A stretch of 64,000 nucleotides of DNA from the human T2T-CHM13v2.0 reference genome, Homo sapiens. The stretch lies in the NCBI RefSeq assembly GCF_009914755.1, contig NC_060926.1, one strand, 5' to 3'. Position numbers and translations under genes: made by a program. Numbering within the stretch: position 1 is the first letter of the stretch; the number at the start of each line of letters is the position of its first letter. The notes under the pieces were generated by a model. It did not search any database and was not told where the DNA came from. It was given only the letters and a program-made list of their open reading frames with translations. Below, in pieces: positions 13,521 to 27,283 of the stretch.

Positions 13521-16500
13521 AGAGTCTCTTCCGTTGCAGCCTGTGGGTTCTCTTTCTCCTGCAAAGGTACCTTCTCTGCACTACTGGTGTGACAGATTCC
13601 ACACATCAACACCGGGCACGAATTGGGCCGCCTGCTGTGTTGCCACCCCTTTAGATCCATGTGGATGCCCCATGTGGACACCTGTTGGCAGATATTGCTG
13701 GACAGACAGCCACCTGTACTGTCAGAGGCCTCAGAAGGGGAGCTTAGGGACGACCTTACATGAACCTTTCACTTTACAGACCAGGAAACCGAGGTTCAGT
13801 TAGCAGGGAGCAGGTAGAGATAGAAAAGATCTCTTTGCTCAATGCTAGGTTTTCAGGAGCTAATTGTTTTATTGAGCTAATTGTTTATACACTTTCTGGC
13901 CAACTCCATAAGATAAATAACCCACAAATACAATGTCAGAGGATTCTGCTGCTTGTAGCATTCAAGTGGGGGTTGATGGGATGGATACAGGGAGGAAAGA
14001 AGAGAGGAAGAGGAACTCAGAATAAAAAAGAGAAGGGGGAAAAAATAAAAGGAAGCTGTGCCCGAATTCAAACAAAACACATTCCGTCAGGATTAAATTC
14101 CTTTTTGTTTGCCTGTGTCACCGTCTCAGCATTTTGGAGGGTACATGGATGTTCTCATGAAACCAGTCAGACTCAAAATACACCATTACAACTTTATATA
14201 TCCAGTATGTAATTTGTACTTAACGGAGAAATATTTGGGGCCATTTGCCTCCTCCCCCACTCCACCCCTCAGACTTGGAGACGCACGGTGGGAGGCAGGC
14301 CTCGGTGCGACCTTTGTTTTTAATCTTCTGACACCAGCAGCAGTTGGCTGGCTGTAAAATTTCATCAGTCTCCTCTGCCGTCGCTGGAGCCTAGACACCA
14401 GCCCAGAAAGGAGAATCCACGCAGAACTGCTTCCCTGACATTCTGGAATCTCCCAGAGCCCTCAAGGTCTGGAGCCCAGAGGGAAACGTGGGGCAGAGGA
14501 CCTCAGGCCCTTACTGCAGTAAGAGTCAGGGAACCAATGCAGGTTCCCTCTGTCCTCTCTAAAACTAGACGAGGGCTAGCCTGCTGAGAGTCGTGGCTCT
14601 GAAGCTGGGCAGAGAGGCTGGCTTTCCTTCCGAGGCCTGCTCAGTTCCGCCCAAAATATATCTGTTGGCTCACGTAGCTCCTCACCAGGCTAGACCAGGC
14701 CCGGCTGTGCACAGGCCCCCGCAGGATCTGCACAGCGAGCTGGGTGGTGGCGAGGACATAATTTAAAACTGTTGCCTAGTGTCTTCCTAAGCCGTGCCCG
14801 ACTCTGAGAAAAAAAAAATCATCATTCAGGCAACAGCTGGAAGGCTTGGCTGAATGGTGTGTGCTTCAATGTGGAAGGTCACAGGATACTGATCTAAGGG
14901 CTGAGAAGTCTTGCTCACCCAACTGTTGACACTCAGTAAACGGGGCAGGCGGGGCTGGGGTGAGCATCTGAGGAAGAAGGCCCCCACCCCACCCCCAGCC
15001 AGAGAAAGAATAGGAAGCGACTTCTATTCAGGGTTCACAGGGGTCCCTAGCCCCGCTCTGCCCCCTGCTAAAGCCACCAAGCCCTTTCCTTGCCTCTAAG
15101 TTACCTTGTATTATAACAGGATTAAAGTATATTTAGCTCCTCTATTAGCATAATTTAGCCCCCATTTTGGCCTACTTAAGGCTTCCGGCTGGCTTTGATC
15201 AGTTTTGCGTTCTACTGGTCAACAGGAGAGCCCAGCGGGCTGCGGGGGAGGGGGAAAGGGGAAAGGGAGGGAGGAGAGAGAAGGAGTCGGACTGTGAAAT
15301 TATCCTGATGCTTCTTCTCTTATTCCCAATATTCTGTGTTTTTTCTTAAATGGCCCAGTTTACACCCAGAGTGGGCAGGAGGGAGAGGGGGGAGGTGGCA
15401 GGAACCAATAATAATTAGGTCTTAGTTGGAAGAGGAGAGAAAGGGTTGAGCATCTCCTAAGAAAAGGAGGGGGGGACCCTATAATTTCTACAGTGTCTGC
15501 CTTTTTATTGCTTGCATTTGCATATAAATTAAATCCATATTGTAGCTTTAAGGCAAGCCTGGGCTTAGAATTCCACACCGCTCGGGGTCCCATTGTCTTA
15601 GAGCCAGTTCTAGGCGGCAGCGAAATGAAAAGGGAGGGGAGAGCAGAGGAAGGAGAAAGTCAGCTTTGTAGCGTTTTTAATTGCCTGTTTGTTTTCTCCG
15701 CCAATTACAGGCAAATTAATATTTAAACTTTGGGAGGCTGGGAGGAAATGCTTACAAAATAGGTTTCAGATTCCAGGGTGTGCGGCCTTCGGCTTTCGGC
15801 CATTCTAGGGTTGAAATTTCATGGTGGTGAAATAAAAAAAAAATAATCATGTAATTAAGTCTCAGCTTGGACCTAGATCCTGTTTCGATTTCTTCTCTCA
15901 TCGTGCCAGGGGCGATGAGGTTCAGTTGTGCTTCTGGAAGGATCCAGGGTTGAGGGTTCTCCAATCGCAGCAAAGGGCCCGGGCTGGGTGTTGCCGAGCG
16001 GTCCTCGGCTCCCCGGTGGACCATGCCCCTCCAGAGGTCTGGCCCAGCGTCGCTCTGCTCTGCAAAAAAGTGGCTCTCCGCTGATCTCGAATGCACCAGC
16101 GAGCCTCCAGATTCTGGGTGAAGCCGATTTTGGAAATCCATATGCCGCCCTAGCAAACACATCAGGATTGAGGTTACCGCATAAGAGCAGCCTGCAGAGG
16201 CCAGGAACATGCAGGGAAAAGCCCTCCATGCTTTTGTCTTTAAAACATTCAAAAGTGAGGACAGGCCTGGGGAGGGGCAGCTTTCTCCCTTCAGTCTTAG
16301 CCTAGTCCAACCATAGAACGGAATCACGTTTTAGGAAACCTCCAAATCAGAAAGCAATCAATGACATCAAGTTCTGATAAAATGTCACAGAGGCAGGAGG
16401 CTCGGGTGAAGCCTGGGCATCTTTTGGTTTTTTTCGGAATGTGTTGTTTTTGCTTATTTTTTTTAAATTGACATAGGTACCCTGTGATGGTTATCACCTG

Positions 16501-16613
16501 CCACCCCCCTCACCTCCTAGAACACTTCTCCTCATTACCGGTGCCGTAGAGGTATATTCCCTAATTTGGGAGGATAGGCTGGGTTAGTTACTGTTGTTAT
16601 TAAATTCCTCTAG

Positions 16614-17044
<431 letters not shown>

Positions 17045-17639
17045 TTGGCATTCTTTTGCCTCAGCTAAGCCCCCTCAAACCCAGTTTCTGTAACCTCTGC
17101 AATTGTCTACACCCTTCAAGTTGCTCCATCTGGAGGTTTTTCTGCCCCCACCCTTTTCTTAATTTTATTTTTATTTTTATTTTTCCTATTTCCATAATGT
17201 TTCTCTCCTGGAAAGAGGACCAAAATGATGCCATTTCCCAGGTACAGCCTCCTCTTTCCTTTGTACTCAAAATCTCAGGAAAATATGTTTCCCCCATGAT
17301 ACACACACTGCCTTTACCCTCGATGGAGGTCTCTGCATTTCATGTTTCCTTTCTTCTAAGACCTCTTCAAATGCTCTGTGTTCCTCACTGGACTGCACAG
17401 AATTTCTTATTTCTTTGAAATAAGCCCTTCCTGACTCCTCCCCAACCTGGTTTCACATGGGCACTGCCAGATGGGCCGCAGTTTCCTGGGAGACAGTGGT
17501 GAGTCTAATTGGGTGTGTTTTGCCCATTTGCCTGATCTGTGTCTCCAGAAAGTGTAGGCTACCCACACTGGAAATGCCAAACAGTAATTGAGTAGCTAGA
17601 CGTATCCAGTTATTTCAAAATAATAACAATGATAAGAAT

Positions 17640-17855
17640 GATAACTAATATTATTGATGATTTACTCCATGTCAGGCTCAATGCTAAGTGCTTTATAGCA
17701 TATATCTCATTTTTATCCTCACAACAGCCCTAGATGAGGCAGGAACTATTATTAACCTAATTTTACAGATGATGTAACACAGAGAGGTTAAGTAAATTAC
17801 CCTAAATCCCACAGCCTATAATTTGCTCGGTTGGGATTAAAATCCAGGCTGCCTG
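17640..17855 (-). mobile_element. MIR
   Basis: atctcatttttatcctcacaacagccct...ttttacagatga...agagaggttaagtaa core. Confidence 0.8.
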
Positions 17856-18619
17856 CCTAGAGCCCATTAATTAATTTACCCATCTGCTGTAGTCTAACCA
17901 TGTCACCTTGGTGCACCAGGCAGCAAGAGCAGGGAGGAGGGGCTGAGAAGTCTGCACACTTCGGCCTCATCAGGCCTAGGGACAGCCCTGCAAGGTAGAT
18001 ATAATAGTCCCCACTGTGCTGATCAGAAAGTGACACACTGCCCCTCCTATGTGTAGAGCCCACACTCACACACAGGTCGGCGTGACTCCAAATGCTAAAC
18101 CACCTGCTCCCAGTGTAGACCTGACCTCAGAGAGCACCATGATGTTGGTAATGCCCACTGAATCAACCCCACAGCCAGCTGACTCCACCCCACCGCCATA
18201 AGTATGTGCAGACACTCACACAGCACGGCGTGGACAGGTCAGCCCAGACTTGGCAAAAGGCTGCAAGCCTGACCCTGTCCTCACAGACCTTACATTAGCA
18301 GTGGGGAGCAGGAAAGTCAGACACACAGATACTCGGGATGGGCTTGTGGTTTGACCCAATTAGCCGTTGGTTTCCAGAGTCATTGGTGCTTCAAGTGCTC
18401 TGTTTTACTTACAGTGTACTTGGGGGTCCCCAGGCCTTCTAAGTGGCCTGACTCACGCTTGCCCCCAGGCATTCTCTGGCCCACTGCTGAGCCTGCCTCA
18501 CACACAGCCTCATTCTCAGGCCTCCGCCTCATCCTGGCCACTGCCACCAGGAACCAAGGCCAACATTACTTCTCAAGGGTGAGATTGGCTGGGAGACCCT
18601 CCTTGCTGAATCTCAGATA

Positions 18620-19810
18620 GCTTTATTAAATTTAATCATATTTAACCAAGAATATATGCACATGATACAAAATTCAAAAGGGGCAAAAGAACATACAGTG
18701 AAGTCTCCTCCACCCACTGTAACTCACCCACCCAGTTCTCCTTCCCAGAGGCAACCATTGCCACTAATTTTTGTTATATCCTTCCAAAGATAACCAGTGC
18801 ACATATAGTAATTTAATATATAAATATATATGCATATATATATGTACACACATACATACATGTCTATTTGTTGTTTATACAAATGGCAGCATTTGTTCTG
18901 TACTTCTATCACTTAATATATATTAGGGAATATTCCATATTTATACATATAGCTGTGTCATTCTTTTTAATGGCTAGGTAATATTTTATTATACAAATGC
19001 ATCATAATTTATCTAATAAGTCTTCTATTTAAGTAGACTTATTAGTCTTAATTTTTATTAAGTATTAAGTATTAATAATTAGACTTATTATTATTAATAA
19101 GACTTCTATTAAGTCCTTAGTTACTTGACTCTTCATTCCCTTGCTGCTCCCAGTGCTTTAGTGAATATCTTTGTATGGGTCATTCTGGCTGATGGATGTC
19201 AGGGGTCTTTGCAAAACATAACCTCCACACCCTCAGAAATGTCTGGGCTGACATTTCTACCTTCAGACTCATTCCTTTGGATTAGAAATAGATTTGTCTA
19301 TGACATCCAAACGCTCCACTAAAACTGCAACTATTTGTGCTAACATACTTATCAGAAAAAAATGTCTAGTGGTAAAATACCTGGTCAAAGGGAATATGTG
19401 TTTTTCATTTTGATAGTTGTTACCAAATTACTCTCCATCAAATCATACTTCCACTAACGTTGTGTAAAAGTGCCTGTTTCCCCACACCCTGGGCAATACT
19501 TGATGATATGGAACTTTTTGATTTTTGCCAAATGGATTAGTAAAAAACATTATCTCATCTTCTAAATTTGTATTTCTCTGATTTTCAGTGAGGTCAAGCA
19601 ACTTTGCAAATGCCTGAGAGTCATTTGAATGTCCTACCCAGTGAATAACACATAGCCTTTGTCAATTTTTCTGTTCGGTTATTGGATCTTTTCTTATTAA
19701 TTCATAATGGCTCTTCAGATATTAAAGAATCTAGCTCTTTCCTGGTGTAATGAGTTGCAAACATTTTTCCCAGTTTGCCATTTCATTTAGTTTATGGTTT
19801 TTGTTTTTCC
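18620..19810 (-). mobile_element. Old L1 (L1M-type) 3' fragment, antisense
   Basis: Typical antisense L1M 3' text (ttcccagaggcaacc, gtgaatatctttgta, gtgcctgtttccccacacc, ttgtatttctctgat, ttgcaaacatttttcccagt). Confidence 0.75.
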
Positions 19811-21058
19811 CTGGGTGGCCTCTCTTACAACCTGTCAATCCTGTCCCAGGCCATCAGTTACTTAATAAACAATTGTGTGTGGGGATGCCAATACTGTTCT
19901 AAAGAATCAGAGGTGTTTAATAGGACTACGGAAATTCAGATTGCCAGGAATTCAACAGCTTCGTGCCTTGGATTCCTGGCCCGTGGGATGAACCAGTTTG
20001 ACTGGAAGCTGTGTGAGCTCCTGGTCAGCTCTGCCGTCCACTCCTTCTTTGAATCCTTCCCGCACTTCCAGGATGCCCCTGAGCCCAGGATCTTGCTGCT
20101 CACTCTGCTACTAGGCACTGCTGCTGGAAGCAGGTATGAAAGGCTTCCCCCTTGCACAAGAGCCGTGCCTCCCCTGAGCCACAGGCTCTCATCTCTGCCT
20201 TTTGTGCAAGCCTCCACCACCACCTCCAACTGTGTGAGCATACAGAGTTCAAACCCAACACTCTCTGGCCTTTGGAGCACAAGGCTTCAGGCAGGAAGCA
20301 GATAGGAATCTGGGTCACTGCATACAGCACTTAACTTCAGCCTTCCCTGTCCCAATCTTCAAAACTCCCCCTTACCCATAGATCATCAATGGACCCAGTG
20401 CTCTGCCTCTGGAGTTGCTGTTTATATCTACGCTGCATATTTTGGAAGATCACCCAGGCAAAATACTTATAATCATGTAGAAAGACACCCACTTTTGTTT
20501 TCAATTAACGAGGGAATATAAGCAATGCAGATTTGGGAGCACAGGGGGGTGGTAACGGGCTCCAAAGGACCTGGCCAACGGCGGACAACCATGCTGAACT
20601 TAAGCATCACCCTCATGGTCTTTGGGCAAATGCTGATTTCCTCAGACAGTCCGTATCCTCCCCTGGGAAATTTCTGTTTCTTCCTGGCTTCCAGCCTACT
20701 ACCACGGAGACAAAGAACTCCTTCCCTGGCCTTAAGAATGGCTTGTTTTAGTCAAAGGATTCCTCTCTAGCCTCTCAAAGAAGGTCCTGGTCTGGGCGTA
20801 GGAAGCCCCTTTCCCTTCCCGCCCCTACCCACAGCATAAAATGACATTTTCTGGCACCAAAAACCCCTGTCCCATCAAAGCAGCAAAACCTTTCCTCTGA
20901 CCTCAAGCCCACAGTGGCTGATGAATGTCGGGGGTCTTTGCAAAACCTAACCCCCACACCCCCTCTGAGCTAACATTTCTACCTTCAGAATCACTCCTTT
21001 GGATTAGAACTCGATTTGTTTATGACATCCAAATGCTCCATCAAAATTGCAACTATTT
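19186..21058 (+). repeat. Dispersed ~150-bp direct repeat (19186-19336 and 20915-21058)
   Basis: Both copies read tggctgatg.atgtc.ggggtctttgcaaaac...acatttctaccttcaga...tcctttggattagaa...gatttgt.tatgacatccaaa.gctcca..aaaa.tgcaactattt. Confidence 0.92.
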
Positions 21059-22499
21059 TAAATGCCCTGGGCTGGCTGGGGCTGGGTTCCAGGGACAGAG
21101 AGGTGAGCAGGTCAGAGTGTCAGCCAGATAGACGGAGCTGCCCCATGCGGGGCAGACCGAGGGCGTGGCAGGGCTCTGGTGGACAGTGCAGTGTGCGCTG
21201 GAGCCGCCTGGGAGAAGAGCTCAGCGACAGACTTTTTGATTTTTACCTTGGGAGCCCCAAAGTGGGTCTGAGCTTGAGAAGAGGAGCTATGGGGTAGGAG
21301 ATTTCACGGCAGTAAGGCTGTTTGCCCGTGAAGGGGGCAAATTGGATGGAAGAGGTGTCAAAAGAGGAACAGGGAGGAGAGGGACAGCCCAAAGGAAGGA
21401 GATACCCAGAACACCCTGACTTAGTTCACCTCCCATTTCACCAGAAGTAAAGCCTGGGTCCGGCTTTGCTGCAGTATGCATGCCAGAGCTGACTGGCCCC
21501 ACACACCCCTTACAGAGCTGTGCTAAACGCAAGCATAATTGCTGCATGCCTGCAATGTGTCAAAAACTAGGCTGAGGACTCTGTAGGCATTATTTTACTT
21601 AAATCCGATTCCCCTAACAGGGAAAGAAAACAGCCTTGCTGCTTGGGACAAGACCAGAAGGATGCAAATGACTTCCCCCTTCCACTCTGCCTCCAGCTTC
21701 TCTATTACCCAAAACATCAGCCACTGTGGGCCTGGACCCCCCAGGCATGGGCCCTGTAGATGCTCAAGCTTCTCTACAGGGCAAATGCCCCTCTGATGGG
21801 CACCAAATCACACAACGCTGGGGCCGCACAGGACCTCCAAGAGCATTTTGTGTCCAAGGGAGTTCAAACATGCTCCAAGGGACCCAAGGGGCCTGAGGTG
21901 TGGCTAGCATAGTGCCCTGACAAGGCCGACAACCAGGCTGCAGGGGGCTCTCCATCCTCAGCCAGACCAGGGCCCCTGCTGTCTTGTTGAGCTTTTGAAT
22001 AGGATGCTATTTAAACAAAGGCCTAAAAGGTTTCAAAGCTACTGATGAAGTCTTAGCCCCTCAAAAGACCTGGCAAGAGGATGTTGGAGGGTAGAGTCAC
22101 TTCAGGGTTGGAGGCCTGTGCTGTGCTGACTGCAGACCCCATATTTCTTCATCCTTGGCTTCGGAGTAATTCTGAGATTGCTGAATGGCCAGGGAAAACT
22201 GCTCCTGGCAGGCAGAGCTCACCCCAGGATGCCAACCCTCGGGGCCCAGAGGGTCTGGGGGGTCTAGGGTCCTCAGGCACTAAGAACCAGAAGAAAATGC
22301 CTGTGCTTCAGGGCAAAAAGCTTGAAGCCCACACAGCATGAATACAGTCAAGAGCCTACCCTTGATGTCCCCAGACCTGAATGTAACCTACATACTGATC
22401 AGCAAAGTGTGCATTTCTGCATCTATACAAGTAACGGTGGTTACCTTGGCCTCTGTAAATTTCATTTTCCATGGCTGTAAATGGGGCTCATAGTACCCT

Positions 22500-22670
22500 T
22501 CCTGTGGGATTTGCACTAGTAGTGGGACCTTAAGCACAGGATTTGACCTCCTCGTGCCTCAGTTTCCTCGTCAGTAGAACAGAGCTAATTATTCCACTTA
22601 CATCACATTTGCACATGAGTTAAATGACCTCGACCAGTGTCTTGCACATTCTAAATGCTCACAAATGCTG
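22500..22670 (+). mobile_element. MIR
   Basis: gaccttaagc...gtgcctcagtttcctc...ttaaatga core. Confidence 0.6.
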
Positions 22671-23959
22671 GCTTTGGCTCTCTTTGTTATCGATCATGTT
22701 GGCTGTGTGCGCTCTCATTCTCTGGTGGTTGCAGCCCTCATCTATGTTGCTTGGTGTCCCCTATGACACCTGCAATGTTCCTCAGCCACAGTGGATGCTC
22801 AGTGACTCCGACTTCTCATTTCTTCAGTATTCATTCACTGAGCACCTCCTACAGGTCAGCAGGTACTGAGGATACACAGATCCCCAGAGGGTCTGGCAGG
22901 AAACACTTACTATTTTGAATTGGCTGAGTGAAAATCATCATTGTGGCCACACGGCCCAGACTGGATGACTTGGGCCAAATTTAGAAGCCCTCTGTCTTTC
23001 ACAGTGGGTTAAAATGACATTTTTCTGGATAACCCCACAACCGTCCACCTGAGTCGACGGACATGAGAGAAGCAGACAGCGGTTTCCTTTTGTTTATCCC
23101 ACAGCATTGAGGAACCCCTACCAGAAGAGGCTTTGCAACCCAGCCAGCACCCAGACCTGCCCCACACCCACAGCTCCCTCCCACCTCTGGCAGGCCCAGA
23201 GGTGTGTGGTCTCCACGGTGGCAGGCCATGGTCTCAGCATGGAACCTTGCTCATGGACGCTGGCGCTGTTTCTTCCAGCTCTTTGTCTCCTGGCTTCCAG
23301 GAACAGGCTGCCAGCGTGTTGCACTCCTGCCCCAACACAAACACCCCACCTGCCTTGGTCAAGCTCATTTCCATGGCACTTCTCAGCCTCCCAGGCTCAG
23401 CCCCCAGCCACATCCTGGCAGCCTCCCTTGCACCCTGCACAGTGCCTGCCCCTACACACAGGCCTTTAGAAATGCCATCAAAGCAGCTTTACAGCTGAAT
23501 ACTTGTGGAGAATTTTCCACTTCTGGAGTTTTACCTTGCTCTTCTGTCTGCTGCTAGTGCAGGTAACCCTTGGCCACTGCCCTCCCCACAATAGCCCAGT
23601 TTGTTTTTCCAGCCACAGTGTCCCTTATAGCCTTACAAGCCAGTTTGCCCTTCTGACGGAGGTTAACATCATCCCAGACAAGAGAGAAAACCCAATATCT
23701 GGCCACCTGCCTTGGCCACAGGGCTCAGCAAACTGGGGGCTCAGGAAGGTCAAAGGGATAATGCCCCTTCCTCCAGGCAGTTCATCCTAGGACATCAGCC
23801 AGTGTTTCCAGAAATCAAGACTCAAAATCCATTCCAAAATTTCAGAGCTGGGTGGTCAGTCCTGACACAGTCAAATCCGAGCTCCTCGTACCTGTTACCT
23901 GTGGGTGGCATGGGCTGGGGAGTGACCATGACCTCCATTCACAGCAGTGGCCTTCTTAC

Positions 23960-24330
23960 TACCACTAAGTGGCACTCACCACATCCAGCTACTACTCACT
24001 GAGACCTCAAAACAACACTACCAAGAAGGCTGTATTCGCCTCTCCTCTTTAAAGATGAGGAAGCTGAGGCAAAGAGCGTCTAAGGAATTTGCCCAAGATC
24101 ATTCAAAAACATGGATCAGGCATTCAACAACCACACTTGTAGACACTGTTGTGCCTGGGGAGACTTACACTTGAGTCCTAGCTCTGCAGCTTATTTGCTG
24201 TGTGACCTTAAGCAAGTCACTACACCTCTCTGAGCTGCTGAGTAAAATGGAGGAAATTGTACCTGCTTTGTAACAATGCAGGTGTAGGCCTGCCCATAAT
24301 AAAGGCTTGATAAATGACTGCTGTCTTTAT
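23960..24330. mobile_element. Two MIRs in opposite orientation
   Basis: aagatgaggaagctgaggc (minus) followed by gctgtgtgaccttaagcaagtcac (plus). Confidence 0.65.
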
Positions 24331-25739
24331 TAATCGATTCATTATTGCCTGATCCTTGTGAAATCTGAGAAAAACCCACTCCCAGCCTGATACTCTTCAG
24401 TGCGGTTGCCTCTCTTGTCTGCATGAATCCATTATTAACTGGAACTTGTTTTCCACCTAATATATTCAGCCTCATGATGACAGCCGGTCCAAGTTCTTGT
24501 CAAAAGAGAGGGGCCTCCAGCAGGACTTTCTCAGGGTCATACCCCCACCCCAGACTGTGCACATTAAATGCAGATAACTTTAAGGTTGCACATGACCATT
24601 CACTGAAAGCCTCCCTGCCTTTGCACATGCTGTTCCCTTTTCCTGCATCCTTCAAAACTCAGTGTGAGCAACACTCCCTCCAGGAAGTCTTCTGTGGCTG
24701 TGCCTATGCTCCCACCATCCTGGAATCTTAGGTGCTCCTGCTCTAGGTTTCCTTTAGCTCTGTCCAAGCTTTTACCTTCCACTTTCTTCCAATGCTTACC
24801 ACTCTATCTTAAGAGACTGCTTCTCTATTTCCATTCAGTGGTTCTTACTTTTCCACATGCAACAAAATCTTCTAGCAGCTTTTTAAGCAGACCTGTGCCA
24901 GGGCTGCCTCTTTGGAGATTTGAGTTCGGCAGGCCGAGCCAAACTCAAATTTGGATCTGGAATTTGGATTTTTCAAGGCTCCAGGGGTAGCTCTGCTGTG
25001 CTTCAGCAGCCAGGAGCCCTCAGGGCCAGTCCTGCATCCTGGTCTCCATGGTAACCCCAGCATCGCATGGAACAGACACCCTGCACCCAGTCAGGGCCCA
25101 ACAATTATTCAGTCAATTAATGAGTTTCTGCTTCTCTGTTCTTCCTATCACCCACTTTTTACCAACTTCCCAACCACCATTCTGAGAATAGAGTGAGGAA
25201 GGGGTCGGGAAGTAGGGGAAGGAGAAAGTAGTTCCAGAATGAAAACGGGGAATTCAGCAATTCCCTGGCTAGCTCAGGCCACTGAGAGCCCTTTAAAATC
25301 TAATTATTAACAACTATAGTGGTAAAACTCTTGCTTTGGGTTGTTCTTGATGGTTTGAGGAGGGATCCTCCTTTGACAGAAGCGGGGCAAGAATGGTTAA
25401 CCCCATCTCACAGATGATCTCAAAGAGTTTTAGAGAAAGCCAAGGTCCAAGAGCTTATTCTAGTGCTATCCTGTTCATTTTAAGATCAGGAAATGAGGCA
25501 TGTGGAGGGTGAACGGAGCTCCTGATCACCAGAATTAGACTCGAGCTCCAGATGCCTTAGTAGTGTAGTTCCAACTCCAGAGAGACCCCCATCTCACCCT
25601 GCCCCAACCTCACTGTCTTTGTTCATGGCTCTTGATGGTTTCAGAGGCACATTAAGGAAAGTGCCGCATCAGGGAGAAAGGAGAGAGGTGTCTGATGCCC
25701 CAAGCAGCCTCCAGCCCACAGCTCAGCATTCCTGCCCGT

Positions 25740-26708
25740 CACCCAGGCTTCCCCCAAACTTCTCCCCACTTCCTCTCTTTCTCTGATGGTCACAGAAATG
25801 TCATGATTATAGCATCTCTTCTTACTTCTTAATCATGTCTCCAAGTCTCTCATTGGTCCTAACATGGTGCCATGCTCTACCAGGGGTTCATCTCTCAATT
25901 CAACACTGCCTATTACAACCAGTAAAACACAACCTACACAACATTCTCTGATATGTCTGACCACAACAGGCTCTGCTGCACAAACCTGTTACTTCTTCCA
26001 GTTTATACACAAGTTTCTTCCGATCAGTTTCAACTACAATGTGTAACTATTCAAACCACAAATCGATCAAATCTCAGCCCTGCTTCATTTCCTCCAGTGA
26101 CTCCCCTGCACTGAAAATTAAATCATAACAGCCTGTGCCCTAGCTCACAGGCCCACAGGCCCACAGACCTGGCCTCTCCGGCCACATGCTGCCCACTCCC
26201 CCTCAAGGGGGCAACCGTCTGGCCCTTGGGTACAAACTCTTCCCTAAGAACCTCACGTGCCTCTCCCTTCTCATATTGCAAAACTTGGCTCATACTTCAT
26301 CCCCTGAACAGCGCTGGCGCCAGGGGATGGGCTTTGGAGGAGTGCACCTTAGCTTCTGCTCTCCATAAAAACCCATAGCTCGCCCCCAAAGCCACTTCCC
26401 AATAAACTGCCAACTTAAGCAAAAACCTCTTTGAGACAAATCCTCTGGTCCCACTTTCCAACTAAATGCCCCTCCAGGCGCTTCCACATAAAATTCAGCC
26501 ATCATCACTGACTCCCCAGTTTAAATATCTGTCCACCCTTTATAGCACTTATTATTATGAGACATTTTTTCCTTGTGTTTACCTGTTTATTGGTTGGCTC
26601 CAGACCAGGCTGTAAGTTCTGTGTTGCCAGGCATCTTGCCTATCTCATTCAGACCTATATTATGGAACAGAGGTGGTGTTCCCTAAGTGTCTGTTGAATA
26701 AATGGATT
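25740..26708 (+). mobile_element. L2 LINE fragments
   Basis: ctccagtgactcccc...aaaattaaatc, tgtaagttc...ggcatcttgcc, tgttgaataaatg 3' end. Confidence 0.6.
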
Positions 26709-26819
26709 GGCCACCATTTTGCTCAGCCCATAGTCACAACCTCCTTATAAAGAGATGATTCTATTCATCATCAGCCTCTCCAAGGAGCTCAGAACCATCT
26801 GAGAGGAGAATGTGGAAGA

Positions 26820-27010
26820 GGGAACTAATGTTTATTGAATGCCAGAGTTTCAATAAATAAATATCATGTCCACAGTGGAGGTCTACAGAAAACAAAAAAG
26901 GAAAAAAGAAAATAAAAATTTGAAAAAGAAATATTAGTGTCTCCATTTTATAGATGAGAAATCTAAAGTTCGGAGAGGTTAAGAAACTTTCCCAAGGTCA
27001 GCAGCAGGGC
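26820..27010 (-). mobile_element. MIR
   Basis: ctccattttatagatgagaaa...agaggttaagaaactttcccaaggtca. Confidence 0.7.
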
Positions 27011-27256
27011 TTTGATCTAAACCCTTCATCTCCAGGCAGCCCCATCTCACCCTCACGGTCTCCGCTGACTCTCCCAGCCAGATACACCCTCAGAGGCTCC
27101 CTGCCACCCTGTCAGTCAGCTTATCCCTGACTTAGACCCTGGCCTCCCACCCAACGCAGCCCAAAATTTTGGCATTCTGTTGCTACAATCCCCAGGCCTT
27201 GCCTACCTCCCATATCTCTCAGGGACAACATCAGCTATAAAGGACCACCCCCCTAA

Positions 27257-27283
27257 ACACACACATACACACACACACACACA
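27257..27283. repeat. Imperfect (CA)n microsatellite
   Basis: acacacacatacacacacacacacaca. Confidence 0.85.
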
